Source of the DNA: Adineta vaga
Lineage: Eukaryota; Animalia; Rotifera
Assembly: GCA_021613535.1 (NCBI GenBank)
Contig: CP075496.1
Span: 6,634,001 to 6,698,000, forward strand
Reading direction: 5' to 3'
Length of the DNA stretch: 64,000 nt
Under the pieces are notes generated by a model. The model had not been told where the DNA came from and made no database searches. It saw only the letters and a list, made by a program, of their open reading frames with translations. A program made the position numbers and the translations under genes. Below are positions 52,214 through 64,000 of the stretch, piece by piece. Position 1 is the first letter of the stretch; each line of letters starts with the position of its first letter.

Positions 52214-55200
52214 TTATGTGGAATTCTTCATACATTCCTGTTCGTTGAGAAACCGCCGATTCGACCTTCTCTAGACAAACAAATTCATATATATATATAT
52301 ATATTTATCAATCATTATCGAGCAACAGGAAAAAAAAACAGTGAATGAATTCCTACATCATTTAGAAAATATCTCAATCTGAAAAGAAGTCTATATATTG
52401 ATCATGTAAATCGCTAACAAGCTCAATTAGATTTAATAAATAGCAGCAGTAAAAGAGCAATTACATTAATTTGTTTTAGTAAGTCGTGATATACCTGCGC
52501 GAACTGTATTGTACTATTCTGTTTTTCCAATTCACTAAATTTTCTATATGATTAGATCAACGAAAATTTTATTTTTCTCAAAAGATAAATATGCTCAGTG
52601 AATGTAACAACAACTATTCTTGCATCTTTCTTTTTTCTATATTTCGATCTTACCTTGCATAGATCGTGAGATTTGTACAGAATTGATTCCATCTATAAAA
52701 GGGAAAAAAAAGAGTTAATGAACGAAAAAGAACTATTTGAACTTACAATCCAACTTTATATTCTGACATTTTTTCTGATGTTAGCAATTGTATTGATGTC
52801 ATACTTAATGGTTGTTCATTCTGTAGATGTTCATCATCGACATGAGTCATAAATTGTTGAGGTGTAAAAACTTGATCACAACGAAAACAATGTATACAAC
52901 GATAATCCGGTTCATTGAACCATGTTGGAAATAATTGTCCCATTGTATCTGTTGCTTTATTGGAATATGTTTTTGTATGTCGTACAACAAGTTTAGGTAA
53001 TTTATCCATATCACAATAACCACGTTCAGCAATGGCTCGTTGTAGATCAACACTACGTGTTCGAATATTTGGTAATGTTAATTCATGTGGAGTATTTGGT
53101 GGACTAATTAATGCTGAAGAATTTTGAGCAATAACTGGTGTTGTTAATGGTGGCCGAGATTGAAGTGGAATGGGACGACGTGGTTGAGACGATGGTGGTG
53201 GTGGCGGAGGATGAAAAGAAGAAAGATACGAATCTGGCTTACGTGTCATTCCATTCATGGGAATATTTGACTGTGAAGGATATGGATAACGAATAGATGG
53301 TTTGATATTTGAATTTGGTATCGGCGACGATAAAGATGATGGCCAATGAGAGGCGGACGATGATACCGATGATTGTGCAGAAGATGTGGAAGTTGAGGCT
53401 AATGGTGGTGGAACAAAATATGGTTTTGTTGATGGATAAGATGGATATGGTGTTGTTGATGGTAGTGGTGGCGGTGGATGTGAAAGGGATTGTACAGAAT
53501 CAATTCGACGTTGTTTTCGACTCATTGATGGTGCCGAATTGACAACATCTGGCACTTGTGAAGAATCACGTTTAAACGTATGTGGTACTGGTGTAGCCGC
53601 AGAATATGGTCGATACATGTATCGTTCATTTTGTAGTGTTTTATCTGTTGTATTTTGGGGTATACTATGATGCTGTAACATTGACGGCGGTTGATAACAA
53701 CAAGATAAACGACATGGTGTTGAAGCTGGCGGTGATGTTTGCATTTTAATCGATGCTTGTTGTTCTGGTGTTAATTGTTGAAAATAATTGGGTTTTCGAA
53801 CAATAGGCATAACAACGGACGATGGTAAACTCGAATGAGGATGATGATGATGATGATGATTATTATTAGTATTAACTGCTGTCGATAGTGATGTGGATGA
53901 GGATGATGACGACGAGGAAGACGCGGATGTAAGGGAGCAACAGAATTAGGTCGTGTTTCATAAGTATTCGATGCAGATGAATCTTTTGATTTTCTAAAAA
54001 CTGAATACTGTGCTGATGTTGGATATGAATATGGATAGAGATTTGCACTATGCGGAACTGCCGTCGAATGTAAATATGAATGAGGAACCGAAGTCGACGT
54101 TGGAATAGTATGTGTTGGATCACGATATGTATAAGACTCTTGATGATGATAAACGACAAAAGGTGTAGCACGATAAGAAGAAGAAGAAGAAGAAAACTGA
54201 TGAGTAGGACTTGGTTTTCTTAAAACAGGAGGACTAGATTCATGAGATATAGGACGAGATATAGTTGTTGTAGTTGAACGTGGTTCTGGCATAGAAATTG
54301 TATTAAGCTCTGATGGTTTTGATTTATTTGGTATTGGTAATTTTTTATTTTTTATTCTTTGCCGTTGATTTGCTAATTCGACATTTTCTTCGACATTAAC
54401 AATCATTGGCATTGAATAGCTTTCATCGGTTAAATCAATTGGCTCAGTTTTCGATTTCATAGTTGATTTAGAACTAATTTCTGTAGGAAGAAATTTTTGT
54501 TCCGAAGATTTCGTTTTACTAGCATAAATAATTGCTGGTGAACTAGACGAACGACGATAATAATTTAGATTTTTCTTTTGCTCACAAGTAAACGATTTCG
54601 AACGATATGAACAACGTAATGAATTTACTGATGACGTTGATATATGAACTGCTGTAGTTGATGATGAGTCACTTGTATCACTGTTGTAGGAATTAAGAAT
54701 ACGCCGTTTCATTGGCATATTCGTTATTGTAGATGAAGGGCATAATTTGTTTAATTGATTGTAATCCGTAGGACTAAAAATAAATAAAAACAAACGTTTT
54801 CTCTAGAATTATCGATAGTATGTACGAGATTTAGTGATGACTAAAAGAAGTACTTGAATATTTCTTCACTGAAAAAACTTGATGACATGATTCTTATTCA
54901 AATTTCTATTCAATAAAATCGCAAATAACTTATATATTCATAAAATACGGTGACCTTTACAGAGGAACGTTTCATGACATAGAAAACTTTAAAACTCTTT
55001 CTTTACATATACAACACTTTTCATAAACAACTCATTTTTATGTCTTTTCAGTGAAATAATGTAGATTTCATTAGCTTTACAACTACATACTTCAATAATT
55101 TCTTTTAATTTGATGAGAAATAGGTTTTTATTAGAAAAAAATTTCAATAAGAGATGATAATTACTAGCTTCATAATCTCCTTGGAGTCTTTTTCATAACT

Positions 55201-58116
55201 ACTATGCTTGGCGAATTCATACTAATAAAAACCCTTCGCATGGGACGATTTGTCATGTATATTACTCTTTAGTTTTATTCATTTTCATTAGATAAATAAT
55301 ATTATTTACCTACCATGATGTATGACTGTATATTATAAGCGAAGTAATGATTCATCTAACTATGCAAGATACATAACATATTCTCAGCTTAATCTGACAA
55401 AAATAGAAGAAAAAACGAAGTTATATGCAAAAATTAAAACCTTGAAAAATTGTCTCTTTGAAGATTATCGTTTCTCAATCTCAATTATAACTTTCTACAT
55501 CACTTATTCGACAAAATTAACGGATAATTTCGCATCAAGAATTCTTTTTCTAATATTATATTGAAATTATTTTCAGACATCTCACGGTTAAAATCGACAA
55601 GAAAAAGACCGAAATTCTTCTTTTATCATGAACGATTAATAAAGAACAACGAAGAGTAATACTTTCTTTTTTTCTCTCTTATAATTTTTACCTCTCGGAA
55701 TTGGTTCGATTTAGAACCGCAGATTTTTTATGAATTTGTTCATTAGTTCTATTAAATTTCGGTATGTTTTGATAATGATGTTGAAATTTCTCAAAATAAC
55801 TTTGTTTATTTTCATTGTCATTTTGTTTCTTAATTATTGTTGTTTTCGTCGATATTTCCGGATCAGTTTTGGCTACTGTTGTTGATGCTGTGGTTGTTGT
55901 GTCTGCATTATTATTTGTTGATGGAACATTTTCATTCGTAGAAAATATATTACAACTAACTGGTCCATTACATTGAATGAAAATTCCGAATTGTGTCGGT
56001 GCTAAAGGCGGTGCTTCATTGGATTTCTGTTTTTTTGTAACAATTTTCAAACATTTTCGAGGCTCTTGCTGTGTTCATCTTCGTCATCATCCTCATCGTC
56101 ATCATCATCCGACGAAAGACGTTTGGTCGTCATTGATGAATGTGAAACTGAAAAAAAAGGAAAAAAACGCAAGTTGTCTTTAAATACAAACATATGCATG
56201 CATAAGTAAATAAAACAAAGGAAAAAAGAGACCTACCATTGTCCTTTAAAAGAACAGGTGTTGGTGTTCGTTTATAGCTATGCATTTCGTCGATGATTTG
56301 TTCGATACGTTTTCCACGTTGTTGTTCTTCATTTTCATCTAGTCAAAAAGAAAGCAAAGCATGTCAATGAGTATGAAAATTATCTTTACAAACCGAGATT
56401 TTTTATTGTTAAAAGTAATTGTTTTAACTTAAGTACATAATCAGACGAATTGATCGATATTAGACGATAACGTCTGTCTTGTAGTTTTTTCAATGAGGGA
56501 TATTGTTTTTCAATCGAAATCTTTTCCGATAACGTCACTTCTTTTACTGGAATTTTGTCCGGTTTGATTAATAAACTGTTCAATTCATCTAATGTACATA
56601 AAGAAACGAAGACTTTGCTATAAAGATCTTCTAAACAATAAAATATTGAACCCATTCGTGAAACAGTTAATACATCAGATACATTGTCAAAGGAAATATT
56701 TGATAAAATTGAATCTGTCGATGATAAAACATGAGAATTATCGTCGAGTGATAAACTTTTTGTATTCGACATCATCAAAGACGAAGAAAATGTATTGAGA
56801 TGTTTACGACGTGCGATAAGTTTAGTTCGCTGTTTTTGATATGTTTGTCGCATAAAAGATGAATCAATGACGACAGTACGAATAAATTTTTCGTCGCTCA
56901 ATGTTGGAGATAAACGAGATTTTTGTGGTCGACGAAAAAGTTTCGAATCAATTAATGAATTCGAGAAAGATTCAGGCAATGATTTGGATTGATTCAAAGA
57001 TTGTTTAGCTAGAAGGAAAAAATATTGTTATGCTAAGTAGACGTTTTTTTTGTCAGTTATTAGAAGAAGAAGAAGAAGAAGAAGAAAGAGATGAAAATGA
57101 CATTTTTCAAAAACAAATGAATACCTGTAGGTGAAATTCTATTTGAACTAGTTGTTTTCTGTCCTTCATGTTGGGATAAATCGTCTTTTAAGGTCGTTTC
57201 AGGTATTGTTATATTAATTTGTTCATTTTCATCATCCAAATTTGTATCATCTTCATCAAGAACGATTAGTAATGGTTGATCAACTGTATCGATTGAATTT
57301 GAAGAGATTTTTAAAGGATTATTAACATGATAATCGGTTTTTTCGTCTTTAATAGTTGATTGAATAATATTGTCTAAATGAAAAGAATCATTTCAATTGA
57401 AATCAAATATTCATCATTTCGTGAGAAAAAGAAATAGATCTGAATTACTTTCTAGGGAAGAAAAAACCCATTCCTATTGATCAAATTAGGAAATTATTAA
57501 ATCATATGTGTAAACAATATTATTAAATCATATTGTCTTTTTAATCGTACATATCAAAGATGTATTGGTAAGGAAAATCGGCTGGAAAAAAAAACAAATA
57601 CAAAAACTACTAGAATTCTCGAGAAGAAAAAAAAGCAAAGAAGAAAAAAAGGAGACTGAAAATCATCGTGTTTGATATATAAACGCATGAGAAACTTGGA
57701 ATAATAGAGATTTAAGAATTATTCAAACATACGATACTATACTGAGATGAAACCAAATTAATTAACTCGGCTCGCTTTTTTTCTCCGAATCTATCTACTG
57801 AAGTTTTTTTTATTCCCATTATATAATATTAAAGTTCAAGAGAAATAATATATTTATAGATGTATGTGTGCACACGTCTGAGAAAAGATAGATTAGTTGA
57901 TTAGTGTTATTAATAATATGGAATGTTAAGCATAAAAATAACTCGGATTTAATTGTCACGTATTTAATGTTTACCGTGGTGGTCTGATGCTAGATTCATT
58001 TTGGTCTCATCGGATTGTATTTGCTGCTGCTGCTGCTGCTGTTGCTGTTGTTTTTTATAATAATCAATAGAAAAGATATTTAGATGTTCGAGTATTCTAT
58101 TAGTATTTGTATTCAT
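52214..58116 (-). CDS. Large Ski/Sno/SKOR-like protein: N-terminal polyQ, DHD-like region, long disordered linker, C-terminal SAND-like (SMAD4-binding-type) domain; contains an apparent frameshift near 53934
   Basis: Exon 1 MNTNTNRILEHL..KKQ10..DHH. GQLFPTWFNEPDYRCIHCFRCDQVFTPQQFMTHVD parallels Ski GLLVPELY..ACIQC..C..MYPPHKFVVHSH. FYCLEDLYSKVF..LDELNSLL..RLISINSSDYVL weakly parallels the Ski/Dach homology domain. Exon junctions are phase-compatible apart from one break at ~53934. Confidence 0.7.
58021..58050 (-). repeat. CAG/CAA repeat encoding polyglutamine (Q10) in exon 1 of the Ski-like gene
   Basis: Minus strand reads CAA CAG CAA (CAG)6 CAA, in frame with the ATG at 58116. Confidence 0.85.
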
Positions 58117-61100
58117 GATCATCTGTTCAATAAATTAATGTTTATATAAATAAGTATTTTAAAACGAGATGTATTGATGGATATACTGTCTGTAATGATA
58201 TTCTAATAGACAGTAATTCATTTAGTAGAAAAGAAAATGAGAAAGGGTATATTAAAGAATAAAACTAGAAGAATGCGAGATTTCTACATAAGTGAAAGAA
58301 AGAAAAAGAAGGAGAAGGAGACGAAGAAAAAAAACTTTCTTTTGTTTTCAGCTTTACTCTCTTAGACCGTCTAAAAACTATGAAAAGGAGAGAAGAAGAA
58401 ATAATGATGATGAGAAAAAGAAGAAGAAGAGAAGAGTAAAAAATGTTTTAGTAGACGTTGAAACAGAACAAACTACTTCAATTTACATTGAATGAACGAA
58501 CGACACGGACAGGTATGACGCAATCCGTTTGGCAAAGTAACCATTCATAAAAAAAAGAAAAAAGAAAGAAGAAAAAACCGAACAAGAAAGAAAGGAATTC
58601 TACACGTGTTTCATGTCTTCGTTTGATGTTATATTTCTTCAACATGTCTCTTACAGCTTTTTTTACTTTTCTTCGAATAAACTTCTAAGATTAAGTTTTT
58701 GAAAAAAGCACGATACTGTATATAAATACTCATTTGATAAAGAACAGATAATTATACGATGTATGTGAATTGAATAGGAAGAAAATAATTCTTCTGTTCT
58801 CTATGTAACACTATTAGATTCTCCTTGATATTCACAGTAAAAGAAAAGAGAACTATATTTCTTCTTTGAGTCGTTTCTTTTTACTTTTTATACTGGGATT
58901 GTCAGACAGATGTCAACGTTAAAGGACTGAGAAAAAATCATGTTTTTTAACATATGTAACCTTAAAATTTTATAATTGGAGATTCAAGTTTTATTTCGTC
59001 TGCGTGAATGAATATAGGTCATTAGTTTACTATAAATATAAATTCTACTTCGAACGAAAATAGAGAACTACTACCTGAACTGAGGGTTCACTGTCTTGAA
59101 TTGATCAATAGTTAGAATTTGAAATTGAATAGGTGAAAGTTTTCTTCATTTCAAATGAGAGTAAAAGAAGAGAAGACAAAAGATTCATGAATTTGTACAA
59201 AGGAAGAAAAAGAAAGGTGCTATTGGATGATTAATATTTATTAGGTTTCGGAATGTCTCTTAGAATTTTCAATTCTTTTTTTTTTAATGAATAATAATGT
59301 TATGTAAATATATCGATGAATGAAAAAGATTCCATTCATTGATAGAATACATCGAAAGATGTTTGAAAATTCTTTTATGTCTAAATTTATTTTTCTTTTT
59401 AACAAACTAAATATCTAAACGAAGAAGAAGAAGAAAAAGCATGACGACTTTTAGAACATTCGAATAGAAATAGATGACATTTATTAGTTTTCTTTTCTAA
59501 TTAAATTTATAAGTCTCGTTTTAGATAGAAAAAAATTGTGTTCCTACTTGAATTTTGCTCCATTTGAATAGGACATGAAAGAATTGAAATGATCTCTATG
59601 TTCTCATTGAAGAAATGTTTACTGTTCTATGTTGTAAAAATAAAAATAAGTTATATATATTTAGATAAGATTAAGTAAAAAGGAAAGGAGAAAAACTCTA
59701 TTTTACCTGACAGAAAAACTAATCATATATTTTCAAGTTTATCTGATCGAAAAGAAAAGTATATCTTTTCTTTTTTGACATTCATCTGACTAGAAAAATA
59801 ATGAAAACAAAACGAAGATGCAGATGAAGTGTTTAATGAAATTAAATTCTACAGGGTAAAATCAGTTTTTCACGGGTATATTCTATTCTATCAATCAAAT
59901 AATCGAAAGTAAAAAGGAACGATTTTGCTCGATTCGTTACCGAGGTAAAAACATCAACAAATGAAAATCATGACTAACGAATGTATAAACAAAACGATTT
60001 TTTTCAATAGGTTTTATCGAAAGAAAAGATAATATTCTCAATAGATAGCAAGGATTTTATGAAAGAAAATCTCCATTCTTATACTCATTTACCTATTTAT
60101 TGTTTTAAAATCTAAATTTTCTGATTAAACAATCAATCATAGTAATTTATCAAATGCACTTATGAATGAATGATTGTGAAGGTCTATCATATACATATGG
60201 GAAAATGCATGAAACATCAAGAGAAAAGAGAAATGCAAAATATATAAACAAGCGATGACAACCTTGTTTATTAAGGTGATTATTATTTATAACGAAATAT
60301 TATATTGAAGATATATTTCGTTCGTATATGATTGCTTACCAAACGACATGTTTTCTTGTAAGAATTGAGCATTCAGTTGAAGATTGAGGACAATGAGATA
60401 TTGTAGATAGTCAAATCAATATGTATATACATAAACGAGGAAGAAACAAAAAGGAATTTTTCGTCAACATTGAAAATTAGAATATAAATGAAATATAAAA
60501 AAATATATATATATTATGGACGGAATGTTTTCAAATGACAGTTATTTGCGCCTCTTTTTTATATCGGTTGCGCATGACTGAATGCATAGATTGTGAAGCA
60601 AGATAAAGTTATCCTCTCACTCTCTTTTATGTCGAATCATCCTTATCAGTGCAACTTTCTCTCTCTTTTTTTTCTTCACTTGTTTACTATTGCCCTTCAT
60701 TTTTTATGACTGAGAAAAGAATTTAGCTAAGTACACGAATATAATATCTATTCATTCGCCTTTCTTTTTGGTAATGAAAACGATAATAATTTCCAATATA
60801 CATAAATCAAATATCTGTTTTGTATCATCAGCGTCACTAATTCGAATAGAAGATTCATATTCGCTGGTATGGGTATATATATACATATATATATATTATA
60901 CATGAGAATACAAAACGGATATTATCATTTGTATTAGAAAAGACAAAGAAAAACGGAATTTACCAAGAATAAGTTACTAAGATCATTATTAAGGAATGTG
61001 ATTATCGAAATGATGGTGGAGATTGTTCTTAAATCTAGCGATGCAAGAGAGAAAAAAAACAGTTCTTATTTCAATTCGAACAGAAAGAAGAAAAGAAAAG

Positions 61101-64000
61101 GAAAAAAAACATTAATCCAATTACCTATTGTTTATTGTACTCGATGTAAAAAATGACCCGCTATTTCTTTTCATTATCGAATCTACCTGCTTTTTAACTG
61201 AACTTGTAAACTGTCGTTTTTTCCTACTTACATAACTTTTCTGAGAACATGAAACAAATGCGTTTATCTTAGTATTCGTTTATCATATGATAACAGAAAG
61301 TTTTCTCTCTTGCTTTCAATTTTATTCTAAACAAAAGATTATACAACTCAAGGCCGTTTATCATTTTCGACGTTTTGTTTTATCTTTTCTTTGCGATATC
61401 AAGTGCATTAACGAACGGTAAAAAAGAAAGAAGCGCAACTGAATCCCAACTGACCTATGTGCTATGCTAAGTTAAAAAAGAATGTTTGCTTTTTTCTTGT
61501 TTGAAATTAAAAAAAAATTCGATAAGATAAGATGAAAAAACGAACTAGGTGTAAGCCTACGCATTTCTTCGTCATCGTTACAATATCTTATAGCATATAA
61601 TCGATTTTGTCACTCAAAAAAACCAAACTAGTTTTCTATTAATATCTTCTGATATCTTATCTAATCTTCTAACGAAGTACAATATAAAATATGAAGGATT
61701 ACTTAGCAGACTGATTGTATTTTCTTTTCAATCAATACTGTGGTTGGAAGCGTGTACAATTCAGTTCTTTTTCTCTTGCATGAAGGACATATAAATTCAA
61801 TTGTATTGAAATGAATGTAGTATAAACACATGTACTTTTATTCATTCTTTTTTCTTTTCCTAAATTCTCAAATAAATATACTTACAGGTGCGTAATTGAC
61901 GATGGATAAAAATGAAATTAGCGTGAGGATTACGTTTTGATGAGGAATAAATACTCTACTCTTTAATAGAATTCAAAATTTCTTTTTCCTTCTTTTTGTA
62001 ACGATGAAAAGAAAATATATCCTATATAAAACTTTATTATAATTGCAATAGTCATATACCAATTGAAAGTATCTAATGTACGTCTTTATCATGCTGGTTT
62101 ATATTAATTGCCTTATTCTTTTTAGTTCTAGATTTATCAATGTAAACTTCGAGTTTTCTTTTCAAAAACTATATAATATACTTAATTGTAAGATAATTTA
62201 AACTAGAGTATTAATAACTCGAGATAGAAGAAGAGGCGATTCGTACTCTATTTGAAACCTTGCTTTTCTATTCCAATAAAATATGTACTGTCACTATTTC
62301 GTTTTACTTTTCTTTTCCTTGCTCGTTGCACTTTACTTCTTTTTTCTAACCTACCGTATAGCATCAAATTACAAGCATACATTCATGCTAGAGGTGACTA
62401 TGCCCTTCACTAGAATGCATACTGCTAATCCTTTTTTATCAACATTTTTTTATTAGAATATACAATAAGAGCAAAAGTGAAGAAAAAAAATATTCTAGTT
62501 TTCTTTTTTTAGTTTACTAACAGATTGTCGTATGTGTTCGATAGAAAAAAGCTTTTATCTTATCTATAGATCTTACTTAAAATATTCTTTAATTTAGATA
62601 AAGATTTCGGTATCATTCTATCTTGAAGGCTAAATATGCATCAGATTTCTGCAAGGCAACATTGTTTATTTAATTAATAAAATGATTTCATTTCAATGAC
62701 TACATATAACTCATGAGAGATTTATATAAAAAAAAATGAAATTCTGTTTTTATTATACCCTCTATCTATACTAACGTGTAAAGAATCTCGTTGAAATTAG
62801 AATATCGAAAAAGAGATGACTAAATTTTGATTAGTAGACAATGAATGAGGAAGAACCTTTTCAGTTAATGAAAATTTTCCATTAAATATATGAAAATATC
62901 TATAAGATTAAACGGAATCTTTTTGTTAAAAGATATGATTTTTTTATCCAATGTCAAGAAAACCGTCTTTTCTTACTTTAAAGCGATTTTCTGACAATTC
63001 TATGAAGGCGTTTTGATGAGCATCATCATTACCAAATAGAAAAATGCAATCTTTTCCTAAGAAACAAAAAACGAGCACTTTGCTCTACTCGAATCAGCAG
63101 TCTGTCATGATATTTAAAAGGAAAAAAAACATTTTTATCTATTTTCCTACTTTCTCACTTGACAAAATATTTTATGTAAATTACTTTCCAAGAGAAAATG
63201 CATCCTATTTTGTTCTGATACATTAGATTTTCAAGTTTCACTTATTACAATCGTAAATGTACATGTTTCTTTTCTCGTGTATGAAAGAAAGAAACTCACC
63301 AATTATAAATCGTCAATCATACTAGAATTAACCATAGAAAAAGTTCTTTTCCCACTCAATTCAAGCAACAGTATATCTCATTTCTAGTTACTAATTTTCA
63401 AACTATAGTCTAATCGAACGCTTTCTATTAGTGTTTAACATTACTATGGTTTTAAATTAACTAAATCAAAGACAAGAAATATTTCATATTTCGCGAACTC
63501 TTTCATTAGAGGGTTTTCATACGTAATCATAAGTCAAACTTACTTGTTCGATTATTCATTATCTTGTTCTTAATCAGAGACTGTGCCCCAGAATGGAATG
63601 ACGCTAAGGATGAATATATGAATCCATTTATATACGCATCACGTGGGATTATATTTGAAGTATTGAAATGTAACGATAAAATTACTGTCTAACAATGCAT
63701 CGAAAAACTTTCTGACCTTAACCTCAAAATGTTTCAAAAATACAAATACAAATACTCTACTTTTCATATTTATTTTGTACCTGTGATTTCTATTTTGAAT
63801 AGAAATATGAGATATATTCTAGTATAGATTTCATCAATTTTGACATACAACTATCTATTATTGTTCTTTTTTTTCTCAAAGTTCATCGTTGCGTACCTGA
63901 AAAGTCAAATCTATTTTTTTAACAACACACTATTCTTATCATATACAAACAAAACCTTGACTTTTGGTAATCTAACACATACAAGTCTTTCAAATAATGC

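Noticed and set aside
58009-58116. Possible uORF or frameshift at the CAG repeat in exon 1 of the Ski-like gene
   Set aside because: A recount shows the ATG at 58116 runs in frame through Q10 to the splice donor.
1-64000. Prokaryotic origin or contamination, CRISPR arrays, rRNA/tRNA, telomeric repeats
   Set aside because: Spliceosomal introns and metazoan genes occur throughout; no repeat-spacer arrays, structured RNA genes or telomeric arrays were seen by eye.

Overview
AT-rich (roughly 30% GC by eye) eukaryotic genomic DNA from an animal. The many 45-65 nt GT-AG introns, metazoan genes (Max, Inturned, OATP, class A GPCR, FGD-like RhoGEF, Ski-like protein), a Pro-rich EF-hand protein and a bacterial-type enzyme gene carrying an intron together suggest a bdelloid rotifer (inference). 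I reconstructed 17 protein-coding genes by splicing ORF fragments by hand. The regions ~25.4-31.0 kb and ~58.2-64 kb look non-coding. I found no RNA genes, intact transposons or CRISPR arrays. The most notable items: two candidate horizontally acquired enzymes (an intronless secreted/GPI-type metallo-beta-lactamase-fold protein with an altered metal motif, and an intron-bearing proteobacterial-type family III CoA-transferase); a Tudor-less TDRKH/PAPI-like protein; a very divergent Ski/Sno-like protein with an apparent 1-nt frameshift; a GPCR that may carry an extra N-terminal cytoplasmic domain and an eighth hydrophobic segment; an ankyrin-less MYPT1-tail protein; a disordered PP1/SH3/PDZ-motif scaffold; and a secreted protein made of two (unknown module + VWA-like) units. 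All homology calls come from motif recognition only, with no database searches.
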